Source: a virus (taxonomy: Duplodnaviria > Caudoviricetes). Taken from it: a stretch of 33,080 bases of DNA. The stretch covers positions 1 to 33,080 of IMG/VR virus record IMGVR_UViG_3300034416_000063, one strand, 5' to 3'. Position numbers and translations under genes: made by a program. Within the stretch, counting starts at the first letter, position 1; the number at the start of each line of letters is the position of its first letter. Shown here piece after piece: positions 25,426 through 33,080 of the stretch. The notes under the pieces were generated by a model. The model was given only the letters and a program-made list of their open reading frames with translations, had not been told where the DNA came from and searched no databases.

Positions 25426-27255
25426 TTATTCTTCATCATCTTCCATGTCATTTATAGAATCTCGTCGTAGTGCAATACATTCACATTTTGCCCGATTAAC
25501 GGTGTTTCTCCAGGTAAATCCTTTATTCCTTGTGTATATATAATTGTTCTTCCTTAGCCATGGCAGGAACGTTTCAGCATTAAACCCATTTTCCAAACAA
25601 GCCTCTACAAACTTAGTTTTAATGATATATAGTTTTCCGCGACTGTACCTCCCCCAGACCTCGGAGATTGCACCATTGGATTCGTCAAACTTAGATCCAT
25701 GCTGTGCAATCCAGTCGTTTAGCCATGCATAAGCTCTGGCATGTATCGATACTTCCGCATGGGTTGAGAGGAAAGCAGACACCTCTTTAACTGTCAGCCC
25801 GTTGTTGTCCTTAAAGATCTCCGCATCAATTAGCGCGTCCGCCACTAATATGAGGCTGGCTGCAAGCGCCTGTTTTTCTGTAACATCGGTTGCTATGAGC
25901 TCTTGATACATTTTTTCCTGCACCTCTTTGGCCATTTCCAGCTTGTCATTATCCATTAGGCATTGTATGAAGTGTTTTCCGGCGTGACCGTAATTTTTTT
26001 TAAGTACATTAACAAGCTTCCCGGGTTCATCAAATAGATTCACGTCATCACAGCCAATTTCAATGATTCGGTTCACGGCGCCACCTCCGGATTTGCTTGT
26101 AGATATTGGCTGCTCACCGCTTGTGATGATGCAGTTCTGCCAGGTTGCGGTCCGCTGAAGGCCGCCGGTCTTTTGTCCCCTTGACCTCCCGACACCTTCC
26201 GAAAGCTGGTAGATAATCTGGTCATAGTCTTTTTTGTCCTTAACGATTTGAAGTTCATCAAGAATCAGAGGGAGTGAATTGACAAATCCGGCGGAAAGTT
26301 CCTGGGCGACTGATGTCGAATTGAATGTATGAACATATTTTCCGAGCATCGGATTTGCCCATACCGACGCCGCCAGCATAAGACCAAGGGTTTTACCGGT
26401 TCCAGTGCCTCCGAATAGATGAACAAAGAACGGTAGACAGTTGCAAGGCTCCACTAAGACCGATGCAAAGGATGCAGCAACCAGCATTTTGGCCGGAACA
26501 TTTCCATGTGCTCTTATGGACCGCACTGCCTTAACCCATTTATCAAAACTGCCACATGCATGGACGCTTTCAAAGAAATGTCTGAAGGAAATATCGCCAT
26601 CAAAGATTAGATCATCAACGTATGGAGAAAACCCTTCGTCACCAATCCATCCAAGTCTGGACATCGATCGGCTTTCTGGAATTTTGTCGTAGTTTAGGTT
26701 TTCTATGTCATGCAGGTATTGGACTAAATATTTTGCATTTTCGCTCGTAACAGCAACGCCATAATCCGCCAGGGCAGATACAATATTCGTGGAGCTAGCC
26801 AGTTGTTTCTTATCGAAAATCACATACCGCCACTCACAACCTTTTTTGAATGCGATTTCAAGCTTCTCAATCCGACTATCCACATTGACCAGTCGTCTAA
26901 CCGGCATGATCGGATGGACACATGCTATAATCTCTCCAAATGGTCCTTCCCTCGTGACTCCATAATCGTCTGCAACCCAGGGGCCTGTGATTAGCTCCAG
27001 CGGCTGCCCTTCAAAATTACTAAGATTGAATTTTTGGATTTCACCACCGAATTCTTTCATCTTTTGACAGTATCCCTTAAAGAGTGTTTTAAAGTTTTTA
27101 ATTCCTACTTCTTTTGCAAGATTCGACATTTTCTCCAGTTCTAATTCGAGTTTGAATTTGTCTGATATATGAGCATAAACTTCCTCGTATGGGTCCATAG
27201 AATCAAGGAAATCACTCTTTTCGTACGGCCCTTTTACTTCCAAATTGTTTTCCAT
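25426..27255 (-). CDS. DUF927-domain replicative helicase/ATPase
   Basis: SRLGW, GGTGTGKT Walker A, LPLILDE Walker B, GVGRSRG, SGEQP, NYGHAG. Confidence 0.85.
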   Translation of the reverse strand: MENNLEVKGPYEKSDFLDSMDPYEEVYAHISDKFKLELELEKMSNLAKEVGIKNFKTLFKGYCQKMKEFGGEIQKFNLSNFEGQPLELITGPWVADDYGVTREGPFGEIIACVHPIMPVRRLVNVDSRIEKLEIAFKKGCEWRYVIFDKKQLASSTNIVSALADYGVAVTSENAKYLVQYLHDIENLNYDKIPESRSMSRLGWIGDEGFSPYVDDLIFDGDISFRHFFESVHACGSFDKWVKAVRSIRAHGNVPAKMLVAASFASVLVEPCNCLPFFVHLFGGTGTGKTLGLMLAASVWANPMLGKYVHTFNSTSVAQELSAGFVNSLPLILDELQIVKDKKDYDQIIYQLSEGVGRSRGQKTGGLQRTATWQNCIITSGEQPISTSKSGGGAVNRIIEIGCDDVNLFDEPGKLVNVLKKNYGHAGKHFIQCLMDNDKLEMAKEVQEKMYQELIATDVTEKQALAASLILVADALIDAEIFKDNNGLTVKEVSAFLSTHAEVSIHARAYAWLNDWIAQHGSKFDESNGAISEVWGRYSRGKLYIIKTKFVEACLENGFNAETFLPWLRKNNYIYTRNKGFTWRNTVNRAKCECIALRRDSINDMEDDEE

Positions 27256-27746
27256 TTTCTTGCCTCCTGAAAATCAAATGTATCTAATAATGTTTCTAAT
27301 CGTTCTTGGTATTTTTTAAGCCAAAGTTCGCCGTATATGACCCTTCTGAATAAAATTTCGTGGACTTCGCATAGCGTTAAATAATCTTGGTGCAGGCTTT
27401 CCTCCCATTTGTTAAATGCCAATTCCATAAGGCTGTCCTCGTCCTCTTGGACACGTTCTCTGTACTTGAGTTTCTTTGGTTTAAGACCCAAGTTGAAGTC
27501 GCTGTCCAGCCTGATAATGGCCTGCTTAAAACTGATGTTGTGAAAAGCCATCACAAAATCGATCACATCACCTGATTCACCGCAGCCAAAACATTTGTAG
27601 CGGTTTTCCCAGGTTGTCAAACTCGGAGTTTTTTCGTTATGGAAGGGGCAATTTGCAAATCCCTTAGAATTCCATTTCACCCCGTAATATTCCATAACTT
27701 CGCGGATTTTCAGTGTGCTTCTTATTTGATCCACTTTCTTACTCAT
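27234..27746 (-). CDS. CHC2 zinc-finger protein (primase Zn-binding domain without TOPRIM)
   Basis: CPFHNEKTPS...YKCFGCGESGDVIDFV. Confidence 0.9.
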   Translation of the reverse strand: MSKKVDQIRSTLKIREVMEYYGVKWNSKGFANCPFHNEKTPSLTTWENRYKCFGCGESGDVIDFVMAFHNISFKQAIIRLDSDFNLGLKPKKLKYRERVQEDEDSLMELAFNKWEESLHQDYLTLCEVHEILFRRVIYGELWLKKYQERLETLLDTFDFQEARKWKTIWK

Positions 27747-28296
27747 TGTGATTTCCGCTTTCTAAATACTCTTTTAATTCATAAAACAAGATGTCCCTTA
27801 TCAGCTTACCTGTGGTCTCTTTCCTGCAAAATCGTATCTGCAGATTGTATCTGGTCGTCCATGCATGAAGGGATGATGTCATTGCTTTTGGGGCGAGCTT
27901 GCACCGGTATTTTTCTCCCGATCCATACCGGCCTGCATATATTTTCTCCCAGGATTCGTCCTCTATGAGAAGGTAAATCCTGGCGCCTAGCTCCTTGGCT
28001 CTTTCAAATTCCCTTTGGAACCGGTCCCGCTGCCTGCCAAAACATTGTCCCAGCTCGTTGGCATCCATCTTTCGCTCAATCGCTACCAGATGATCCATTT
28101 TTTCCAGGTTTCCGGACAGATTGGTAAAGGCGCAGGAATAATCCCCGAAGTCGAGTTTGGTCCGCTCAAAGGGGCAGCAAAACCCCTCCGAGCGTTTCTC
28201 AAACTCTCTGCCTATATGCTCTCTTGTATCAACAAGGATGACCATAGAGGCTAGCATTTTGTCTATTTCCAAAGGTGCGTATTCCATGGCGGCCAC
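27739..28296 (-). CDS. ERCC4-domain nuclease
   Basis: VDTRE, LDFGDY, IERK motifs. Confidence 0.9.
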   Translation of the reverse strand: MAAMEYAPLEIDKMLASMVILVDTREHIGREFEKRSEGFCCPFERTKLDFGDYSCAFTNLSGNLEKMDHLVAIERKMDANELGQCFGRQRDRFQREFERAKELGARIYLLIEDESWEKIYAGRYGSGEKYRCKLAPKAMTSSLHAWTTRYNLQIRFCRKETTGKLIRDILFYELKEYLESGNHNE

Positions 28297-28298
28297 CC

Positions 28299-28868
28299 TT
28301 AGAGGAATGGGATATCTTCATCCCTGACCGGGCCGAAATCTGCAGTGTAGCTTTCTGTGCCCTTTTTGCCCAGGAGCTTCGGTTCGGGGATTTTGAAGTT
28401 TCCGGCTTTGGTCTTTTCCAGGTCGTGTAGCTTGAAGCATTCCGTAAAGAATCCGGTTTTTCCGTTGTACTCGTATTCCCGCTCACGAAAGAGTCCGCCG
28501 GCGACAAGTCCCTTAAGGGCGTTTTCATCCCACTCCCACCTGAAGCCTTCGTTGCTGTCTTCCAGGGCCAGCATATTGGTTTTGAGGCTTCTAAGCGTCC
28601 AGTTGTCCTTTTCGCTTCCGTCCTCTTTGGGCAGGGAAAGTCGCAGGTTTCCTTTCCACTTGCGGTCCTCCACGCTTTGGTTTACATAGTTTTCCTTGTA
28701 GAAATCCTTGTACTCCCCTTCGGAAATATCGAACTGGATGATCAGGATTTCGCCCCACTCGTAGCTTTCAACTTTCGCCGCTTTGATGACGATGGGATAT
28801 CCTCCCGGAGGCAATTTCTCCTGGTCTGCATAGGGCTTGGCCTCTTTGTAGCCTTTAAATTCTTTCAT
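28299..28868 (-). CDS. Putative single-stranded DNA-binding protein (DUF669-like)
   Basis: LPPGGY, FREREYEYNGK, acidic DEDIPF tail; follows the Sak4-like gene. Confidence 0.7.
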   Translation of the reverse strand: MKEFKGYKEAKPYADQEKLPPGGYPIVIKAAKVESYEWGEILIIQFDISEGEYKDFYKENYVNQSVEDRKWKGNLRLSLPKEDGSEKDNWTLRSLKTNMLALEDSNEGFRWEWDENALKGLVAGGLFREREYEYNGKTGFFTECFKLHDLEKTKAGNFKIPEPKLLGKKGTESYTADFGPVRDEDIPFL

Positions 28869-29503
28869 TGTTTTTCTCCTTTCTTGGTGTTTTTGTTTAA
28901 CTCGTAATATTCTCTGATCTTTCTATCAACTAGCTTTAGATCGTTTTCGATGTCCGCTTCATCAAACAGGCCAATGGGGCTTTTGACGGTGTCCCTTCCG
29001 CTTGTCTGGGTCCGAAACCTGTACTGGCCGTCGATAACTTTTGTCTTAAGGACGATGGTGAACATCCCCTCTAAGGTGATTTTTTCATCCAGTAATTTTC
29101 CGATGGTCTTGGCCTTCTCATTTCCGTCCTGGTCCCGCTCCGAGTGGCACATGAAATAGACGATAACATCATCCGGAAGCTCTCTTATGACCACCTGGAC
29201 CAGCGCCCAGAAATTCTTTCCGATGTCTGTGAATTTCTGAAAACCCGACTCGTCGGACCTTCTCATGAACTCATAGGACATCAGGTATTGGGCGTCGTCT
29301 ATGACGATGGATTTTGAGGTTGCCTTTCTTAGCACCTGGTCTATTTGCATATAGTCGTCGCTTCGGAACGTCTTGATGTCCGACCGAAACGGCAGCGGTT
29401 TTCCGGACACGTTGATGACTCCAATTTCTTTGCCTGTGAAGTTTCTCATGGAGGCGGATTTGCCGGATCCGCTCTCTCCTAAAATCATGACTGGTATTCC
29501 CAT
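28865..29503 (-). CDS. Sak4-like AAA ATPase / recombinase
   Basis: GESGSGKS, IVIDD, KTIGKLLD, KSPIGLF. Confidence 0.85.
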   Translation of the reverse strand: MGIPVMILGESGSGKSASMRNFTGKEIGVINVSGKPLPFRSDIKTFRSDDYMQIDQVLRKATSKSIVIDDAQYLMSYEFMRRSDESGFQKFTDIGKNFWALVQVVIRELPDDVIVYFMCHSERDQDGNEKAKTIGKLLDEKITLEGMFTIVLKTKVIDGQYRFRTQTSGRDTVKSPIGLFDEADIENDLKLVDRKIREYYELNKNTKKGEKQ

Positions 29504-29513
29504 CTCGCACCTC

Positions 29514-29978
29514 CTACTTGATTTGAATGTTTTGTTTGGAAATAAGTTCTACGCCGCAGATTTCTGCGCCTTCTTTCAGGGCCTTTTTTAGAAGTGTCTT
29601 GTCCGGTCTTGGATCTACCGGAACCAGATACTCATCCGGCAGGGTCGCACCGTCAGCGATATTAACACTCTCGCTTTTTCGCCAGGATACGGAAATCCTT
29701 GGTGTCTCAAACCGCTCTCCGTGAAGAGCTGCTCCCAGATATCCCATAAGGGACTCCGCTTTGTTTTCCTTGAGCCGTTTTCTTTCCGTCAGGGATTTGA
29801 TCTCCGCTGCCAGGGCAGACGATTCCGCTCCTAGGTTCTTGATCCAAAGGCCGACGTTTTCCAGCTTCTCTTCCCGCTGCATCTTTAAGGACTCAAGGGC
29901 CTCCTCGTCCAGGATCTCCCCGGACTCCATGTCGATGCAAGACAGGATGGCTTCGTTGATTTCGTATAAGCTTGCCAT
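29514..29978 (-). CDS. Siphovirus Gp157-family protein
   Basis: SLYEI, EEKLENVGLWIKN, SWRKSESV, PDKTLLKKALKEG. Confidence 0.88.
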   Translation of the reverse strand: MASLYEINEAILSCIDMESGEILDEEALESLKMQREEKLENVGLWIKNLGAESSALAAEIKSLTERKRLKENKAESLMGYLGAALHGERFETPRISVSWRKSESVNIADGATLPDEYLVPVDPRPDKTLLKKALKEGAEICGVELISKQNIQIK

Positions 29979-30007
29979 TTTCTTTTCTCCTTTTTTCTTG
30001 ATATCTA

Positions 30008-30073
30008 TTTACATTTTTGTTGATATGGGATATAATATTTATTAAGTTATTCGTCCCGTTTGGGGCTTTTTTT
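30008..30073 (+). ncRNA. Promoter + tiny terminated RNA antisense to the early operon
   Basis: TTTACA(30008)-17bp-TATAAT(30031), then a GTCCC-GTTT-GGGGC hairpin and T7. Confidence 0.45.
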
Positions 30074-30086
30074 ATTTTTTGGCTTT

Positions 30087-30398
30087 CTAGCACGCGCTCT
30101 TTTCTATGAGTCCCAGAATCTCTTCTTGACACATGAGCACCGCCATCAGCTGCTGTTCATTGGCCAGCGCCGAATTGTAGGCGGCGTTGATTTTGTAGCG
30201 ATAACCGTCCGCTTCGATTTCCAGCCATTCGTTTGCGAAGAATTTTGTAGGGTCCCCGATGCGGCTTCTGATCTCATAGTTGTAGCTCGCTTTCTTTAGC
30301 CTCTTTCCAACTTCCGTCTGCTGTCTCATGACATTTGCAAACCCTTCAAAGTCCTCTTTCTTTTCTTCATAAATCATGAATTTCTCATCCATTGTCAT
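30087..30398 (-). CDS. Hypothetical early protein
   Basis: ATGA overlap with the upstream gene; good RBS. Confidence 0.75.
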   Translation of the reverse strand: MTMDEKFMIYEEKKEDFEGFANVMRQQTEVGKRLKKASYNYEIRSRIGDPTKFFANEWLEIEADGYRYKINAAYNSALANEQQLMAVLMCQEEILGLIEKSAC

Positions 30399-30682
30399 TT
30401 CCCACCTTTTCTTTCCGGCCTTAGGGCTGCTTTTACTTCCGTCACATTAAACCTTAAATTTGATCCGATACGTTCACAAGGCATCTTTCCTTCCCTGGCA
30501 AGCCTATATACCAGGTCCCTTGAGATCTTGAGTTCTTCCGCCAGTTCCTTAGGTGTCACCATAGGGGCTTTGCTCTCCTTCTCAGGCATTTGGCATTTGA
30601 TAATTTGGAGGACCTTTTCTGCGATGGATTCCGAGATCAGCCGCAGATCATCCTCGGACTGTAGTATTACGATTTGTGGCAT
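30395..30682 (-). CDS. Excisionase-like HTH (HTH_17) protein
   Basis: VTPKELAEELKISRDLVYRLAREGKMPCERIGSNLRF; ATG 30682 has an AAAGGAG RBS. Confidence 0.8.
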   Translation of the reverse strand: MPQIVILQSEDDLRLISESIAEKVLQIIKCQMPEKESKAPMVTPKELAEELKISRDLVYRLAREGKMPCERIGSNLRFNVTEVKAALRPERKGGK

Positions 30683-30716
30683 TTCCGGGCTCCTTTCTTC
30701 TGTTGCTTTCCGAGAC

Positions 30717-30926
30717 TTAATCGTCGATGCGTTCAAACAGATATTCCAGGGATAGGTCCGGGAAGAAGGTGTCTCTTACTGCTTGCACTTCGGCAAACGT
30801 GAATTCTGTTTTCCCTTGTAGTTTGTTTCGGAACGCCTTCTCACTGATCCCCAGTGCCGCTGCGACTTCCGACTTTCTGATTCTTCGTCTCACCATTTCT
30901 GCATTGATATTTGCGCTATAACCCAT
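30717..30926 (-). CDS. Cro-like XRE repressor
   Basis: VAAALGISEKAFRNKLQGKTEFTFAE..LEYLF; divergent from CI. Confidence 0.88.
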   Translation of the reverse strand: MGYSANINAEMVRRRIRKSEVAAALGISEKAFRNKLQGKTEFTFAEVQAVRDTFFPDLSLEYLFERIDD

Positions 30927-30953
30927 TGTCTTTCTCCTTTCATTTCGTTTCTC

Positions 30954-31069
30954 GTTCCTTATTTGGAACTCATGTGCAAACGATACACCCCAATTAGGAA
31001 CTTGTCAATAACGAAAATTCCTTTTTTTAAACTTTTTTTGTTGCACTAATTCCTAATAAGGAGTATTAT
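30954..31069. promoter_or_regulatory. Lysis-lysogeny switch: divergent promoters and operators
   Basis: 16-bp sites GTTCCTTATTTGGAAC (30954), CACCCCAATTAGGAAC (30986), ATTCCTTTTTTTAAAC (31017) and ATTCCTAATAAGGAGT (31049). P-cro is TTGACA-17-TATCGT (minus); P-cI is TTGCAC-17-TATTAT (plus). Confidence 0.75.
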
Positions 31070-31088
31070 CTAGATTACAAGGAGGTGC

Positions 31089-31478
31089 GTGACGATGTCA
31101 TCACTAAAATTAAAAGAAATCATGAATGATAGAGGAATTGGTAATAGGGAATTGTCGGAAAGATCCGGCGTTCCTCTAGGTACCCTTAATAAAATCCTTT
31201 ATGGGGACACTCCGAATCCGGGACTGGAAACCATGAGGGCTTTAGCGACGGTGCTGGACTGCACGCTTGACGACTTCATAGAAAAGCCGGGCCACACTTC
31301 CTACGTTGGGACCTTGGATCAGGAGACTCTTGACTACTTGGAAGAATTAAAAAACAAGCCCGGGATGAGAACCTTGTTTTCCGCCGCCAAGGGTGTATCC
31401 AAGGAAGATCTTGAGCTTGTAGCTGAAATGATAAAACGCATGAAAAAAGATAGCGGAATCGACGGATACGACGATTAG
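31089..31478 (+). CDS. CI/ImmR-like XRE repressor
   Basis: ELSERSGVPLGTLNKILYGDTPNPGLET HTH; no S24 peptidase domain. Confidence 0.9.
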   Translation: MTMSSLKLKEIMNDRGIGNRELSERSGVPLGTLNKILYGDTPNPGLETMRALATVLDCTLDDFIEKPGHTSYVGTLDQETLDYLEELKNKPGMRTLFSAAKGVSKEDLELVAEMIKRMKKDSGIDGYDD

Positions 31479-31540
31479 TGTACCGATAATCGTATGTAGT
31501 ATTTCTTAAAATGGTACTACAACACGAAAGCGGTGAGAAA

Positions 31541-31753
31541 ATGGACAATGTATTTGTAAGATTGGATAGTATGCCTGCAAAAATAAAAGGATATGTTGTT
31601 CTGGATGAGAACGGAGACTACAACGTATTCATCAATAAAGATCTGAACTATGAGCAACAGATGAAAGCTCTGGCACATGAGATTGTGCACATCGACAACG
31701 CACACCTACGAGTACAACTGCCAATAATAGATTGTGAAAATGAAGCATCGTAA
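31541..31753 (+). CDS. ImmA/IrrE-like metallopeptidase (anti-repressor)
   Basis: YNVFIN...ALAHEIVH HExxH motif; follows the repressor. Confidence 0.82.
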   Translation: MDNVFVRLDSMPAKIKGYVVLDENGDYNVFINKDLNYEQQMKALAHEIVHIDNAHLRVQLPIIDCENEAS

Positions 31754-31756
31754 ATA

Positions 31757-31835
31757 ACAAAAAACCAAAACGCCCCTGCTGTAACAGAGGCGCTCGGCAA
31801 ACTCACCAGGGGTGAGCCCTATGGTATGACCAATA
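31757..31835 (-). ncRNA. Small three-hairpin RNA antisense to the int leader
   Basis: TTGACA(31869-64)-17bp-TGcTACGAT(31846-41) promoter; three hairpins, the last a terminator with a T tail. Confidence 0.6.
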
Positions 31836-31910
31836 CCGATATCGTAGCATCTCGCCCCGCAAATGTCAATTTGATGGGGTTTTTTCATGCCCTCGAAAGG
31901 ATGATGCGAA

Positions 31911-33080
31911 ATGCCAGGAAGTTATAGGAAACGCGGGAATGCATATTTGCTCGCGGTGTGCATCGGAACGGATTATAGAGGCAAACCCCAACGGTTCGCC
32001 AAGACTATTCATGTGAAAACCGATAAGGAAGCGGAGAAGGCCTTGGCCGTCTTTTATGCGGAATGTGAAGCCGGCGTTGCACCCAAGCCAAGCAACCTGA
32101 CGATTAAGGAACTCTGCGAGACTTACCTTAAAGAGAACGCTCCTTACGCGGTCAAAAAGTCCACCCTGGACAGCATGAAGTCCACGATCAAGATTCATAT
32201 CGTGCCGGATCTGGGAAAGTGCAAAGCTAACAATCTATCAAGGGGATCGGTGCAGCGCTGGATCAACGATTTAAGGAAGAAGGTCTCGCCCAAGACAGTC
32301 CGAAATTGCGTGTCAAATCTCTCATCCGTATTCGCCTGGGCTCAGATGATGGAGATGGTCCCTAACAACCCTTGCCGGGGTGTAGCCCTTCCTTCCGGCA
32401 GAAAAACAGAAGCCAATTACTTATCTAAAAGTGAAGTCGCAACTCTCCTTGAGAGGCTCGAAATGGTCCCTGAGCGCGAGTTAAAGTTCAAGGTGGCAAT
32501 ATATATCGCTTTGTTTGGTGGCCTGCGCAAAAGCGAAATTGTGGGCTTGGACTGGAAGCATTTTGATCCGGTTAGGAATACCTTGAGAGTTGAACAAACC
32601 AGACTTATAGGGCGGGAGATTGGCGTATATTCAGATTCTACAAAAACCGAAAAGTCTGTGCGGACTATTTCTATCCCCATCGAGCTCACGGCCATGCTGA
32701 ATGCCCTTAAAGCACAGCAAGAGCGCACTGCCCAGCTACTCGGCTCCGAATGGCATGACTCACCGGCGATCATGAGGGGAGAACTTGGCGGCTCCCTTTA
32801 TCCCCAGGTGCTGACTCGCTGGTTCACAAGATTTCAGGAAAAGCAAGGCCTCCGCAAAGTCGGACTCCATGGGTTACGGCATACGCACACCTCTATGCTG
32901 GCCTACCTCAAAACCGACAAGATGCTGATAAGCAAAAGGCTTGGTCACTCACAGCTATCCACCACCCTTAACATCTACACCCATTTGTTCGACGAGCTGG
33001 ACAACACTGCAGCGGAACTTTCCAATGCGTTTTTGCCGCAGAATTTATCTGAGGCGAAGGAGTCTAGGATGTTGCAGTAG
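31911..33080 (+). CDS. int: Tyrosine recombinase / phage integrase
   Basis: GLRKSE (R), KTEKS (K), HGLRH, LGHS, IYTH (Y); N-terminal arm-binding domain. Confidence 0.96.
   Translation: MPGSYRKRGNAYLLAVCIGTDYRGKPQRFAKTIHVKTDKEAEKALAVFYAECEAGVAPKPSNLTIKELCETYLKENAPYAVKKSTLDSMKSTIKIHIVPDLGKCKANNLSRGSVQRWINDLRKKVSPKTVRNCVSNLSSVFAWAQMMEMVPNNPCRGVALPSGRKTEANYLSKSEVATLLERLEMVPERELKFKVAIYIALFGGLRKSEIVGLDWKHFDPVRNTLRVEQTRLIGREIGVYSDSTKTEKSVRTISIPIELTAMLNALKAQQERTAQLLGSEWHDSPAIMRGELGGSLYPQVLTRWFTRFQEKQGLRKVGLHGLRHTHTSMLAYLKTDKMLISKRLGHSQLSTTLNIYTHLFDELDNTAAELSNAFLPQNLSEAKESRMLQ

Larger units (their letters stand above)
745..33080. mobile_element. Temperate HK97-type siphophage (prophage or excised genome)
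   Basis: Full ordered set of lysogeny, replication, packaging, head, tail and lysis modules plus an att site. Confidence 0.93.

Noticed and set aside
1-33080. Genome-wide TGA reassignment
   Set aside because: TGA terminates several conserved genes at expected lengths with ATGA/TGATG overlaps (e.g. Dit, Xis-like, Sak4-like).

Overview
An apparently complete ~33 kb temperate siphophage of a Firmicute (Clostridia-like) host. Reading right to left it has a tyrosine integrase, an ImmA-like protease and a CI/Cro switch; a replication block (Gp157, Sak4-like ATPase, SSB-like, ERCC4 nuclease, CHC2 Zn finger, DUF927 helicase, iteron/AT-rich origin); a RinA/ArpU-like late regulator, HNH and candidate cos; a ParB-DNA methylase; HK97-type head genes; tail genes with a -1 frameshift chaperone; and a holin and amidase. 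An AT-rich accessory end carries a Sau3AI-like type II R-M pair, a HEPN-like (DUF5677-like) gene and a Zn-ribbon gene with an in-frame TGA. An att site built on a tRNA 3' end has arm-type repeats on both sides. The most unusual element is a ~240-nt + strand non-coding transcription unit (24061-24300) with its own consensus promoter and terminator, made of four consecutive 54-63 nt structured modules. Family assignments come from recognising motifs and gene order by eye, not from database searches.
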